64,000 nucleotides of DNA from Spirulina sp. GTDB taxonomy: Bacteria > Cyanobacteriota > Cyanobacteriia > Phormidesmidales > Phormidesmidaceae. Shown here in pieces: positions 47,537-60,901 of the stretch (its first letter is position 1; the number at the start of each line of letters is the position of its first letter). The notes under the pieces were generated by a model. That model worked only from the letters and a program-made list of their open reading frames with translations, was not told the DNA's origin and searched no databases. The translations under genes and the position numbers were made by a program. The stretch covers positions 64,001-128,000 of the forward strand of contig JBIPSI010000016.1 in assembly GCA_044070495.1 (NCBI GenBank), in the 5' to 3' direction.

Positions 47537-49318
47537 TTGACGCGATCGCAAACCCGATGCCCTTGGGTTGGCTTGGCGCTTGCCTGTCCAGCTATGCTTC
47601 AAACCCTGGCAGCCGCTTCTCCTACCAGGGCGCAAATGGTGGAGCGATCACTTGATCCCGTCCCTCTGATGCTCTCCCAAGGGGGGCCAGCGCTACCCCG
47701 TTTGCCAAACCAGCCGATTCCAGAACCGCCCTTGCCCGACCAGCTGCTGCCCACCCTGCCCCCGCCGGAGGAACTTCTGCCATCGGCTGAGCCCGCGCCA
47801 CCAGAAGCACCCCTGGACGGAACCGACGCTACTTTTTTTGTTAGCACTATCGAGATTACGGGCAGCACCGTCTTTTCCCAGGCCGATTTGGCTGACCTGG
47901 TGGCCCCCTACCTCAACCGGCAGGTCAGTTTTGGGGAACTGCTGGAACTGCGCAATGCCATTACCGAACGCTACGTTACGGCGGGCTACATTACCTCAGG
48001 GGCCATCCTGCCGCCCCAAACCCTAGTGGACGATAGGGTCACGATTCAGGTGATTGAAGGGGAACTCGAAGACATTGTGGTAGTCGGCTTGAATCGCCTT
48101 AGTCCGGCCTATGTCCGCAGCCGCCTGGGGTTGGCTAGTGCCCCTCCCCTCAATGTGGATCGATTGCTGGCGGGGTTGCAGCGGCTCCAGCTCAATCCCC
48201 TGATTGAAACGGTGGCGGCAGACTTGCAGGCGGGCAGTAGAGCGAACCTCAGCGTGCTGGTGGTCGATTTGGCGGAGGCGGATTCCTTTGCCGTGGATCT
48301 GAGTTTGGACAACTACGGGGCGGACAGCACCGGGGTCGGACAGCGCCGACTGCTGTTGAGCGAGGGCAATCTTTCGAGCCTGGGCGATCGTATCACCCTG
48401 GAGTACGAAAACACCGACGGCAGCAACGGCGTTGATCTCAGCTACACCCTGCCCGTGAGTCCAAACGGCGATATCCTGCGCTTCAGAGTGGGCTACGCAA
48501 ACAGCCGGGTCATTGACCCCAATTTTCAGGTGCTCGACATTTCCTCCAGCAGTGTTTACTACGACCTGGGCTATCGCCATACCCTGATCGAAACCCCCAC
48601 CGAAGAACTCACCCTGGGCCTCACCCTATCCCATCAGCACAGCCAAACCCGCCTGGGCCTAGACAACATTGGCCCCTTTCCCCTCTCCCCAGGGGCCGAC
48701 CGTGATGGCATCACCCGCATCACGGCCCTGCGCTTCTCCCAACAGTGGACCCAGCGCAGCCAGACCCATGTGCTGGCCTTTCGTTCCCAATTCAGCCTGG
48801 GGCTAGATTGGCTCAACGCCACCGTCAACCCCACTGGCCCCGACAGCCGCTTTCTGGCCTGGCGCGGTCAGGGCCAGTGGCTCCAACGCTTTGGCCCCGA
48901 TACCCTGCTGCTGCTGCGGGGCGACGCCCAACTGGCGAGCAATGACCTGCTATCGCCCGAGAAATTTGGCCTGGGCGGTGCCCAGAGCGTGCGCGGCTAT
49001 GGGCGAGATGTGCTGCTGCGCGACAGTGGGGTGCTGCTCTCGGCAGAGTTGCGATCGCCCATCGCCCGCATTCCAGAACTGGATAGCACTCTCCAGATCA
49101 TTCCGTTTCTGGATGCTGGGGTGGCCTGGAGTGTAAACGATGACTTGTCCTCTGGCCCTAACACCTTGATTGGCACTGGACTGGGCCTACTTTGGCAGCA
49201 GGGCGATCGCCTCTCCATGCGAGTCGATCTGAGTCTTCCCCTTGTACCCCTGGCTGAAGATAGAAACGTTTTCCAAAACAGCCGTATCTATGGTTCAGTT
49301 CGGTACGCACTCTTCTGA
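47537..49318 (+). CDS. ShlB/FhaC/HecB (TpsB) outer-membrane transporter
   Basis: POTRA (ITGSTVFS, YVTAGYITSGA, VIEG), LGGAQSVRGY, GTGLGL, C-terminal Phe. Confidence 0.92.
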   Translation: MTRSQTRCPWVGLALACPAMLQTLAAASPTRAQMVERSLDPVPLMLSQGGPALPRLPNQPIPEPPLPDQLLPTLPPPEELLPSAEPAPPEAPLDGTDATFFVSTIEITGSTVFSQADLADLVAPYLNRQVSFGELLELRNAITERYVTAGYITSGAILPPQTLVDDRVTIQVIEGELEDIVVVGLNRLSPAYVRSRLGLASAPPLNVDRLLAGLQRLQLNPLIETVAADLQAGSRANLSVLVVDLAEADSFAVDLSLDNYGADSTGVGQRRLLLSEGNLSSLGDRITLEYENTDGSNGVDLSYTLPVSPNGDILRFRVGYANSRVIDPNFQVLDISSSSVYYDLGYRHTLIETPTEELTLGLTLSHQHSQTRLGLDNIGPFPLSPGADRDGITRITALRFSQQWTQRSQTHVLAFRSQFSLGLDWLNATVNPTGPDSRFLAWRGQGQWLQRFGPDTLLLLRGDAQLASNDLLSPEKFGLGGAQSVRGYGRDVLLRDSGVLLSAELRSPIARIPELDSTLQIIPFLDAGVAWSVNDDLSSGPNTLIGTGLGLLWQQGDRLSMRVDLSLPLVPLAEDRNVFQNSRIYGSVRYALF

Positions 49319-49439
49319 GGAGAACGTTGGCTGTAGTTGCTCCACTCAAATTAAGCGCCAGGACAGGGAGTCACTGGCTCAGCATTGGATTAGGTCTGCG
49401 ATGGTTAAAGACCGGCTTGCGGCCATCGCCGCGTAGTCC

Positions 49440-51143
49440 TCAAGATGAACAGCTATAGTGCGCCACGCCACCAACATCAGAAAACGCCCTCGGTCTTAGG
49501 CGATAGTATTTATCTTCTATTTCTTGTGATTGCTCATCATATGGATAGCTAAATACGGCTTGCAACTCTTTAACTAAGGTGTAGTCACCCTGCATGGCTC
49601 GTTGGTAGGCGGGGACAACTAACCACTCTCGCCATGTGTATTTCGGGTTCGTCTGTTTCATATTTGCTGATATCTCAGCCAAATTGCCATCGTTAACGAC
49701 GAGGTCGCGCCAGCTTTTTAGCCAAGCTTGCCATTGTTCATCGAGTTGTTGTGACGTTTTACCATAGAAGCTCTTTTTTAATGGTGAGACATCGTCTGGT
49801 ATATGGGATAACTCGCGAAAGAAAATGGTGTAATCCACCTCTGAGTGGGTCATTAACTGCACTAATGTCTTAAATAGCTCTGGGTTAAATTCAGTCAAAC
49901 CAAGTTTGGTCGCCCACATTTTTTGGATTTGTTGTTGCATAGCTTCTGCAAAGCCACGGCCTACTTGGTCAAACTGTTCTAAAGCGTCAGTATCTTCTGC
50001 CAGTAAAGGTCTCACAGCTTTCCAAAACATATAATAATTTGCTTCTGCTGCGATGGGCTGATTGAAGAATGCAAAATGTTTGCCGCCGCCCGTCCAAGGT
50101 TGAAACCAAGGGTCGAAAGTTTCACAAAACCCAAAAGGGCCATAGTCGAGGGTAAAGCCACCAGCGGCGCAGTTATCACTATTAAAATTACCCTGGCAGT
50201 AACCAACCCGTAGCCAATTGGCCACCAGGGTCGTAAGACGTTGGCGAAATAACTTAGCTAACTCAACCAATTGATCGGCAAAACCAAGAGTTTGATTAAT
50301 ATCGCTTTTGTATTCTCGCTCAATTAAATGCGACACAATCATGCGCAACTCTTCTAATGCTTTTGGGTGAGCATGGCTGCGAGCGCGGCGGGCAAATAAC
50401 TCTAGCTGACCAACGCGCAAAAAGGAGGGTGCAACGCGAGTTGAAATAGCTACAGGATTGTCCACCAAAACATCAGGGTCAATAGAGTAGGAGTCTTGGG
50501 AATACCAAGGCCGGGTAACGGTCTCAGATTTAGAAACATACAGGGTCAAAGAGCGCGATGTTGGCACACCTAAAGCCTGCATATAGTCTTGGGCTAGAAA
50601 CTCACGCACACTTGACCGGAGTACTGCACGCCCGTCGGCACCACGGCAATAAGGCGTTGGGCCACCCCCTTTCAATTGCATTTCCCAGCGCTGGCCACTA
50701 ATGATTCCTTCAAATACAGATATTGCCCTACCATCGCCATAACCATTACCCGTACCGAATGGACAATTTTGGAGATATTCGGTGCCATAAATCGACAGGG
50801 CATAACCCGTCGCCCAGCCAACCTGACGCATAGGCCCATGGGCCGCAGAGAGGTCACCAGAAAATACCTGGCAAAATTTTTCATCAAGCACTAGCTCATC
50901 GCTCAACCCAAGTTCCTTAAAAAAAGTGCTGCTATGGGCTACATATTCTGGTTCTGCCAGCGGTGTAGGCGTCACAGGTACGAAATGACCGGAGAAAACT
51001 TGGCGAGCACGGTGATCATCACCATCAACCGTAGCGTTAGGGTCGGCATTTAAGGTGTCCATCAGAGAATAATCCGCCAATTGCACAAACTCATCGAAGG
51101 TCGTTACGCAGTGCTCAGTGGGTGGTTTAGATAGATAGGACAT
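49440..51143 (-). CDS. selO: Protein adenylyltransferase SelO (YdiU)
   Basis: [45 protein letters not shown]-terminal CSS. Confidence 0.9.
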   Translation of the reverse strand: MSYLSKPPTEHCVTTFDEFVQLADYSLMDTLNADPNATVDGDDHRARQVFSGHFVPVTPTPLAEPEYVAHSSTFFKELGLSDELVLDEKFCQVFSGDLSAAHGPMRQVGWATGYALSIYGTEYLQNCPFGTGNGYGDGRAISVFEGIISGQRWEMQLKGGGPTPYCRGADGRAVLRSSVREFLAQDYMQALGVPTSRSLTLYVSKSETVTRPWYSQDSYSIDPDVLVDNPVAISTRVAPSFLRVGQLELFARRARSHAHPKALEELRMIVSHLIEREYKSDINQTLGFADQLVELAKLFRQRLTTLVANWLRVGYCQGNFNSDNCAAGGFTLDYGPFGFCETFDPWFQPWTGGGKHFAFFNQPIAAEANYYMFWKAVRPLLAEDTDALEQFDQVGRGFAEAMQQQIQKMWATKLGLTEFNPELFKTLVQLMTHSEVDYTIFFRELSHIPDDVSPLKKSFYGKTSQQLDEQWQAWLKSWRDLVVNDGNLAEISANMKQTNPKYTWREWLVVPAYQRAMQGDYTLVKELQAVFSYPYDEQSQEIEDKYYRLRPRAFSDVGGVAHYSCSS

Positions 51144-51724
51144 TGTTGTTAGCGCCGGTATTGTTGGAAAAGATTCATGTTTAAGTCAGGACTTTGCAGA
51201 TGCTAGCATATTAAATGTGGAGCTTTTCCCTGTCCGACTAATCGACTTGTTAGTAGGCTACGGAAAGGCATTCTGGCTCTCGGCGTAAGAAGATCCTAGA
51301 TCAAGTGCGTAATTCCCATAAAGCACTACTCCTATCGAGCAGAGCAAACCTATGCGCAAGAGTTCGGCTCACTATTTCGGCATCGAGCACATTTAGCCAA
51401 CACATATCCTCGAAATAGCAGCGTGCTTCTCTCACTTCACTCACCCATTCTTTGGGAGGGCTGACACCTAAAACGGGGGCTAATTCGCTAATCCTTCGGC
51501 AACCCTGTGGGCACTGTAGCTGACCTACATCAGGCAGCCTATTGCGCGTGATCGCAGGGGCAGTCGCAGTTACACCACGATATCTTGATCCTGTTCAACG
51601 CATGGCAAGCGCCCACAACTACCATCGGGTAATGCGGGCTGGCGTGGGAGGGAACACCATAGACAAAACCGGGACGCACAGTCATTGCACATCCCGGTTA
51701 GAAAGTCTTAACTCGTTTCAAGCC

Positions 51725-51868
51725 TTACATCAAGCCGATCTGAGACAGAATGCCTTGGCCCGTCAGAAGCTCGGTAGCGACGCCAATCACAAAGCCCAGC
51801 ATAGCTAGACGACCATTCCAAGTCTCTGCAAAGTTGACAAACCCGAACTTGCCTTCGTTACCGTCCAT
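51725..51868 (-). CDS. High-light-inducible protein (Hli/SCP)
   Basis: AETWNGRLAMLGF motif, 47 aa. Confidence 0.92.
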   Translation of the reverse strand: MDGNEGKFGFVNFAETWNGRLAMLGFVIGVATELLTGQGILSQIGLM

Positions 51869-52494
51869 AATCGTTAATCTCCGGAAGTGCAAAAGCTTTT
51901 TTGATTCAAGCTTCTGTAACAAATTGTAACACATGGAGCCTGGCATGGCCAGAAGTGTATCAACTTTTAGCAATAGCTCAGTCTTTTTGATGTCCCAAAC
52001 CCCTTGCTGGCTCTAGCTTGAATCCGCTTGCATCTCACCTGATCGGTGCCGGGGCTATAGATCACGTAGGAGGGCTGGCCTGAGCGGCCTACATTACCCA
52101 CCCCACCCCCCGGCGAGGGGACTTTTCCTGTTCCTGGGGGGATAAGTCAGGGTCAACTCTTAAGTTTAAATTAAGAACCCATCGGCCTGGGGGTTTTCAC
52201 GGTATCAAAGGGATACTACTAATAATATTTTTTGTCATTAACTGCCTTCATTTAGCCCATGGCCTAACCTGAGCTTTCCATTTCCCCCAGGCGCAGCACT
52301 ACCTGCCTGGGCCAAGAATCCGGCTTAGGCAATCTCAATGCAGATGGCCAGGGTTGTGGGGCTAGGCAAGATCGCAGCCCGTCTAAATCATTTAATCGAA
52401 AGATCGCTTTTTAGCGATTAAGTGATACTATTTCTTTAGTAAATGAGAAAAATTCCTGACAAAATGCTTTCTCAACCGTGACACTGGAGTCCCC

Positions 52495-53175
52495 ATGGAA
52501 CTCAATTCGCTCAACACCGCCTCACGTGCTGTACGGGAGATCGAATCCCCATGCATTACCTTCGTGGGCGGCACCGCCGATTTAGGCGACCCCCTTGCTC
52601 CAAACCACGATTTTGCGCAGTCCCCCAATTCTGGGGAGGCGCGATTACCCCTGACGATGATGGCCATCGGCGACCGCGTCTGGATCGTCGAAATCAAGGG
52701 TGGCCATCGCATGGTGCGCCGTCTCACCGATCTAGGCCTCACCCAGGGCAGCGAAATCACCATCGTCAGCCGCACCGAGAGTGGCTCTGTGATCGTCGGC
52801 TTCCAAGGCTGTCGCATTGGCTTAGGCGCGGGCATCTCCCATCGAGTCTTGGTGACAACAACTCAACGGGAGATATCGCCAACCGCGACCCGGCCAGCAC
52901 CAGCACAGCCTGTAAATGGAGATTTAATCATGCCAGAACCCCTGCACCTTGGGGCTCTAGCGGTGGGCCAATCCGGCCACATCGTTGGCTACGAAAACGC
53001 ACATCGCGCCTACCGCGAAAAACTGCTGTCCATGGGCCTCACCCCCGGCACCCACTTCACCGTCACCCGCCAAGCCCCCCTGGGCGACCCCATCGAAGTT
53101 GAAGTGCGCGGCTACAAACTCAGCCTCCGCAAGGGGGAAGCCGCCGCCCTGAAGGTGGAGCTTTTGGGGGAATGA
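52495..53175 (+). CDS. feoA: Tandem FeoA-FeoA protein
   Basis: Two FeoA domains (RRLTDLGLTQGS; KLLSMGLTPG...APLGDP...LSLRKGEA). Confidence 0.85.
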   Translation: MELNSLNTASRAVREIESPCITFVGGTADLGDPLAPNHDFAQSPNSGEARLPLTMMAIGDRVWIVEIKGGHRMVRRLTDLGLTQGSEITIVSRTESGSVIVGFQGCRIGLGAGISHRVLVTTTQREISPTATRPAPAQPVNGDLIMPEPLHLGALAVGQSGHIVGYENAHRAYREKLLSMGLTPGTHFTVTRQAPLGDPIEVEVRGYKLSLRKGEAAALKVELLGE

Positions 53176-53224
53176 GGTTACTGAGTTACCACCCATCCTC
53201 AACGTAGACCTTACTGGGGATGGA

Positions 53225-53256
53225 TCCCCCCTAGCCCCCCTTAGGAAGGGGGGGAC
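53225..53256. repeat. Cyanobacterial dispersed hairpin repeat
   Basis: tccccctagccccccttaggaagggggg; related copies at ~55679-55711, ~55735-55767 and ~8515-8545. Confidence 0.7.
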
Positions 53257-53321
53257 TGGATTTGAGAATCCCTTCACCCCCTCATCTCTTCACCCTTCAC
53301 TCCATTACCCCCATTTATGCC

Positions 53322-55664
<2,343 letters not shown>

Positions 55665-56048
55665 TCCTCGGATTCAAAGTCCCCCTTTCCAAGGGGGATT
55701 TAGGGGGATCTCCTTGCTAGGTCACTGAGATCGGATCCCCCCTAGCCCCCCTTGTAAAGGGGGGAATCGGATTCAAAGCAGAACCCAACAATCCCGAAAT
55801 TCTCAGCGGGTGTTGGGTTCCGCTCCGCTTCACCCAACCTACTTTGGAGAGGTATCAGGCAAGCAGGATTTCGAGTATTAATGAGAGCCATTTCTAGCTT
55901 TAGATATTGATCCTCGTTCTAAACATAAAATTCAATCTAGAACTCAATCTTATTAACGCTCATCACATCAATTCTCGATATCAACTTCTGCCAAATCTTG
56001 CCCTTTGTTACCCAGAATTATTCCTCTCAAATCCTGCTTTATAGCCCT

Positions 56049-56300
56049 ATGCTGACCGACATTCAAACCTATATTGCTAACCACGGCACCGTATCCCTGG
56101 CCGATCTGTCGCTACATTTCCATACCGACAGCCAAGCCCTACAGCCCATGCTAAATCGACTGGTGCGAAAAGGTCGCCTGCGCCGCCTGCCTGCCCCCAC
56201 CAAATGTGGAGACTGCACCTGCTGCGATTTCAGCCAACTGGAATGTTATGAGTGGTTGCAAGAAAATAGAAGCCATTCCCATGAAGCCAATCACCTATGA
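56049..56300 (+). CDS. feoC: FeoC-like winged-helix protein
   Basis: MLTDIQTYI...LVRKGR...CGDCTCC. Confidence 0.8.
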   Translation: MLTDIQTYIANHGTVSLADLSLHFHTDSQALQPMLNRLVRKGRLRRLPAPTKCGDCTCCDFSQLECYEWLQENRSHSHEANHL

Positions 56301-56476
56301 CTAAGCCTAGGTTAAGCAGTAGAATGGTTGAAGAGAGTGCCTTCAATCACCTTGTTTAGCCATCCTTTTTAGTCCATCGCTAAACAAAGTCAAAATTTTC
56401 TTCGCCATGGAGAATTGATAGATTGCACCCATAAACCGCAAGTTTAAACTTGCCTTGGCCCAAGGAGACGATAACC

Positions 56477-56797
56477 ATGCTCAATCCCCATCACACCCCC
56501 GTCAGCCTAAGAACACGGGTGGCCGAACTCGCCAGCCATCCCAGTGCCAAAACCTTAGCCATTGGGGTCGCTGCGGTGGCCATCACGCCCATTGTGTTGC
56601 CCCTGGTAAAGCCTGCCCTCAAGGCCACCATCAAATCCGGCGTTACCCTCTACGAACGGGCAAAAATTGCCGTGGCCGAAACCGCTGAAGCCCTCGCCGA
56701 TGTCGCCGCCGAAGCCAGAGCCGAAGTTCGCGGCGACGTCCATCCCCCCACCAGTCTGCCCGCCGCCGCACCGACTGAGCCTGCCCCAGCGGAATAA
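56477..56797 (+). CDS. DUF5132 family protein
   Basis: KPALKATIKSGVTLYE...EALADVAAEARAE; AAGGAG RBS. Confidence 0.75.
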   Translation: MLNPHHTPVSLRTRVAELASHPSAKTLAIGVAAVAITPIVLPLVKPALKATIKSGVTLYERAKIAVAETAEALADVAAEARAEVRGDVHPPTSLPAAAPTEPAPAE

Positions 56798-56829
56798 GGC
56801 TGGACGCTCCCCGCCCGATCAACCACCCT

Positions 56830-56955
56830 GATTGACTGACGAAAGTTGTTGCATCGGGCGCGGCAACCTCGCCCCTACCGTATTTGGATAACGTAGGGGG
56901 CAGGTCTCCTGACCCTTGAACAAATCTAGGTTCTGGCACGTTTTGTCAGCCAATC
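56830..56955. mobile_element. MITE-like/REP-doublet dispersed repeat, copy 2
   Basis: gattgactgacgaaa ... ttttgtcagccaatc; homologous to 35151-35276. Confidence 0.72.
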
Positions 56956-57122
56956 AGCCAGCGGTTTGTTCAGGAATCGAGATCTACGCCCCATCCCCAT
57001 CACAAACGCCGTCGATACTTCCTGGATTTCCGGGGCATCGGCGGCGTTGTCGTTGAAATGTCTTGGCAATGGTTTGCTCGGTGCGTGGATTTAGGTTGCG
57101 CCCTAGGAAAAATTGCGCTGGC

Positions 57123-57383
57123 CTAGGCTGCCCACCGATCCGAGTTTGAGGATGGGGCCACCGTCAGCGTGGGTCGTTCGGGTTTGGCCGCCACGGATAG
57201 GGTCGGCGCTTCTGAGGCGGAATGGCCCTGCTTTTTAAGCTGAAGGATCACCTGACGAGTGGCGGCGGCAATGGCAATGTTCACCAGCAGCGCCGTGCCC
57301 CCCGCAACCGCAGCTGAGTCGTCACCAACAGCCCCGTCACCACGGGCAGAATGGTGGCAATTTCGCTGTACTCCTCCAACCAA
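57123..57383 (-). pseudogene. Possible degraded gene fragment
   Basis: Short ORF with partly protein-like IAAATRQVILQL and no convincing start. Confidence 0.3.
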
Positions 57384-57688
57384 CGACCTAGTTGAGAATA
57401 GCTTTCGTTAGTGGTTGGTGTAGTACTCCCGGCAGCTTGCGATAGCGTCATGATCAATCCTTAGCCTTTCCTTAGGGAACAGCCCTAATCGTACCCCCGC
57501 ATTATCGGCAGATTTATCATTAAATGCAGATAATTCCTATCTAAAATTAATAATCCGCCAACGTTCAGAAGGCGTACCCCCCCTAACCCGTCTGCTTCCA
57601 AATGCCTCCCACTTGGCTAGATAGAATGGAGTTATAGAACCGTAGGGGCAAGGTTTCCTTACCCTTCTAGCATTTTGAGGATATCGCC

Positions 57689-58342
57689 ATGCAAGATTCC
57701 CTCGCCGCCGCCCTCACCGAAGCCCTGCAAGACGAATACAAAGCCTGCGCCACCTATCGCGCTATTTTGGAGTGTTTTGGCCCTGTTCGTCCCTTTATCA
57801 ATATTTTGTCGGCAGAGGAACGCCACATTCAAGCACTACTGCCCCTGTTCGAGCGCTACGGCATCCCCATACCGGAAGATCACTGGCCGAGCCAGGTGGT
57901 CGTCCCCAATACCCTCGCCCAAGCCTGCGCCGAGGGGGTACAGGCCGAAATCGAAAACGGCGCGATGTATGACCGACTGCTGGGCCTCACGGTGGACTAT
58001 CCCGATGTGCAGCGGGTGTTTCGCAACCTTCAGCGGGCCTCCCAAGAAAACCATTTGCCAGCCTTCCAGCGCAGGGCAGAACGCCTCACCCGCCAAACGA
58101 TCTATCCCCATAGCGCCGAACATCGCCCTGCCCGTGGCCATCCTCATCAGGGGAACGCCCAGCCCGCCACCCCCCATCACGCCGAATCTCATCATGCTGG
58201 ACATCAGCCGTCCAGCGTTACCACAGATCTGCGCTCCACGGGCCAAAGGTGCCGTCAAGGCCAAGGATGGAGGTCTCCTCAGGGCCAGCGGCACGGTCGA
58301 GGTGGTCAAAGCGGTCGGCACGGTCGCTCTGGGGGTTGTTAA
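57689..58342 (+). CDS. Ferritin-like (DUF2202-type) protein with His/Gly/Arg-rich tail
   Basis: ALQDEYKA, AEERH, AEIENGAMY, ASQENHLPAF; GAGG RBS. Confidence 0.8.
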   Translation: MQDSLAAALTEALQDEYKACATYRAILECFGPVRPFINILSAEERHIQALLPLFERYGIPIPEDHWPSQVVVPNTLAQACAEGVQAEIENGAMYDRLLGLTVDYPDVQRVFRNLQRASQENHLPAFQRRAERLTRQTIYPHSAEHRPARGHPHQGNAQPATPHHAESHHAGHQPSSVTTDLRSTGQRCRQGQGWRSPQGQRHGRGGQSGRHGRSGGC

Positions 58343-58418
58343 CCCGTAGAACAAGGTGGTCGCTGACGAGCTAGGTAGGGCACAGAATGATAGCCCGGTC
58401 TAGCTTGAAGCGCATCCA

Positions 58419-60347
58419 TTAGCCCTCCTTGAGCCAATGGGCGTGATGGGGCAGCCGTGCTTCTGGAGAACCTAAAAACTCAATGCCTCCCTGTTCTAGA
58501 ACCAGGATTTGGCTGGCGCGATTGAGCACCGAGGGCCGATGGGAAACGGCTAAACAAGTGGGTAGGTCAGCCATCCGTCGATGGGGCGATAACAAGCGCT
58601 CCCACAATTGCTGTTCTGTCTCCACATCCAGGGCGCTGGAGAGATCGTCAAACACCATCAGGGCGGGCTGGCGCAGAATCATGCGGGCGGCGGCGGCTCG
58701 TTGCTTTTGGCCACCGGAAAGGCGAAACCCACGGGTGCCCACCAGCGTATCCAGGCCATCGGGTAGTTGGGCAAGGTCTTGGTCAAATACGGCGGTGGCG
58801 ATGGCTCAATCTAGCGATTCTGAATCAACCGCATCCCCCAGCAGCAGGTTTTCCCGTAGGGAGGCGCTGAAAAGTTGGGGCATTTGGGGGGTGTAGGCCG
58901 CCAGGGGTGGCACCAAGAAATTTGCTGGATCGTCGATGGGCTGGCCATTCCAGTGCAGTGTCCCGGCTTGCCTCGGCAGCAGCCCCAGCAGCACGCGCAA
59001 TAGGGTCGTTTTGCCTGCGCCCACTGGCCCTGTGATCACGGTTAGGCTGCCCGCCGTTAAGGTGAAGCTGATATCGCGGATGCCCCCGCCGCCGGGGTAG
59101 CGGTAGGTTAACCCTTCAACCCGTAGCTCTTGAAGGGTACTGGGCATGGGCTTCGCTGGTGACGGTAGGGCTGGTGCTAGGCCCAGGAGGGGTTTTAGGT
59201 AGAGGGGGTGGGGATAAGTGAGGAGGTGAGAGCGTTGGGATGGGCGGGTTGAGTGGTGATCAGAAGGGTTCGCGAAAGGTGGCCTGTGAGACCTCAACGC
59301 TGGAGCCTTAGAGCTTTGCGATGTCAGAGAACTCTGTTTGTCAAACGTCCGCTGTATGGCAGGGCTGTTCGATGCACGGCCCACCAGCCCTGCCATACGC
59401 TCAAAGGAGACTTCGCTTTGCTGGATGGTGGCCATAAAGCCGCCCAGGAAGGCGAGAAAGTAGGTGACAAAGGAAAGGTAGTAGACAAACAGGGCAAAGT
59501 CGCCCACGCTCAGGTCGCCTTGGGCTCCGAGGTGTTGGGAGGCCGCCAGCAACATGAGTCCGGTGCCGATGCTGACAATGTTTTCAAAACCGGAGTTCAG
59601 CATGGCAGAGAACACTTGGTCGCGTACCATCGCATCGCGGCGGTGATCACACCTCTCCTGCAATTCCGCCAGCATGGGGGCTTCGGCTCCGGCCACCTTG
59701 ACGGCCTGCACAGCGGTGAAGAGTTCGCCAATCAATCCGGTCACGCGCTGGGTCGCTTGGCGACTGGCGTGGCGATAGCGCTTCAGGCGATGTTCGGCCC
59801 AGTGGGCCAGGAGGGCGATGGCCGCTAGGGGCACAAACACCAATAGCGTCATCGTTGGGTTAACGCTAATCAGCAGCGCCACGGAACCCACAGCAAACAC
59901 TCCGGCGGCAAAGATCTCATTGGTGCCAACGACGACATCCTCAATTTGGGCCGCATCGTCGCGGAAGTAGCTGAGAATTTCGCCGGGGGAGGCATTGTGG
60001 CCATTGGCACCACCCGTGGCCAGTTCGGCCCCAGGACGTTTGAGGAGTTCATGCAACAGGTTATGCCGCACCAGACCACTGATTAAAAATCGATGCTGGG
60101 TCTTGGTAATGCGCCCCACAAAAATGGCCACCACCCGCGCCAACCCCACCGCCAACAGCAGCCCAATCCACACCCAGGGTGACCCATCAAAACGGGACTC
60201 GCCAGTGAGGCTGTCAAAAAACTCGCGAATGATCAGCCCCGGCACCGCAGGCAAGCCGAGAATGAACAGCCACAGCAGGGTATCGACCCAGTAGAGCCGC
60301 TGGGCATAGCGGATGAGCTGCCAGAGGAGGTGGTGAATGGGAGGCAT
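58419..60347 (-). pseudogene. ABC transporter (TM + ATPase) with an in-frame nonsense codon
   Basis: Walker A GPVGAGKT, then ...ESLD-TGA(58806-58808)-AIATAVFDQD...LSGGQKQR...FDDLSSALD in the same frame. Confidence 0.85.
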
Positions 60348-60429
60348 AGGGGTCGATGGGTAGATTTTTTTGGCTGCTTGACGGAGTTTCTATAATGGCA
60401 GAATAGGCTTTATCGTTACGGTCACGCCC

Positions 60430-60870
60430 ATGCAAACCACCACGCTCTATGAGCAAGACTTTTACGCCTGGGCTCAGCGTCAAGTCGAGCTATTGCGCTC
60501 AGGTCAACTGGGGGAACTAGATATTGACAACCTGATCGAGGAGATAGAATCGTTGGGTCGGCGAGAACGGCAAGAGTTGCGTAACTGGATGGGAGTGTTG
60601 CTAGGGCATCTGCTCAAATGGCGCTATCAGCCAGAGGCTCGATCTAAAAGCTGGGCTGCAACCATCCGAGAACAGCGGGAGCGCATTCAAGAGCACTTGG
60701 CAGAAAACCCCAGCTTGAAGCCCTATTTAGCTGAAGCAACTCTCAAGGGCTATCGATCTGGGTTAAACCTGGTAGATAGAGAAACGCCCCTCGACCTTAA
60801 ACAACTTCCCCAATCTTGTCCCTTCTCCGAAGCAGAAATTTTTGAGGAGCCAATTGACTGGCCGTCATAG
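60430..60870 (+). CDS. DUF29 family protein
   Basis: LYEQDFYAW, NLIEEIESLG, HLLKWRYQ, ENPSLK, CPFS. Confidence 0.9.
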   Translation: MQTTTLYEQDFYAWAQRQVELLRSGQLGELDIDNLIEEIESLGRRERQELRNWMGVLLGHLLKWRYQPEARSKSWAATIREQRERIQEHLAENPSLKPYLAEATLKGYRSGLNLVDRETPLDLKQLPQSCPFSEAEIFEEPIDWPS

Positions 60871-60901
60871 TCACGCGTCACGCGATCGCACGCGGATTCA
60901 C

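Noticed and set aside
25643..52200. Intact integrative element at tRNA-Thr
   Set aside because: No integrase and no convincing duplicate of the tRNA 3' end; only compositional evidence for an island
58806..58808. Selenocysteine recoding of the TGA
   Set aside because: Not a plausible catalytic Cys position in an ABC ATPase, and I saw no supporting SECIS evidence
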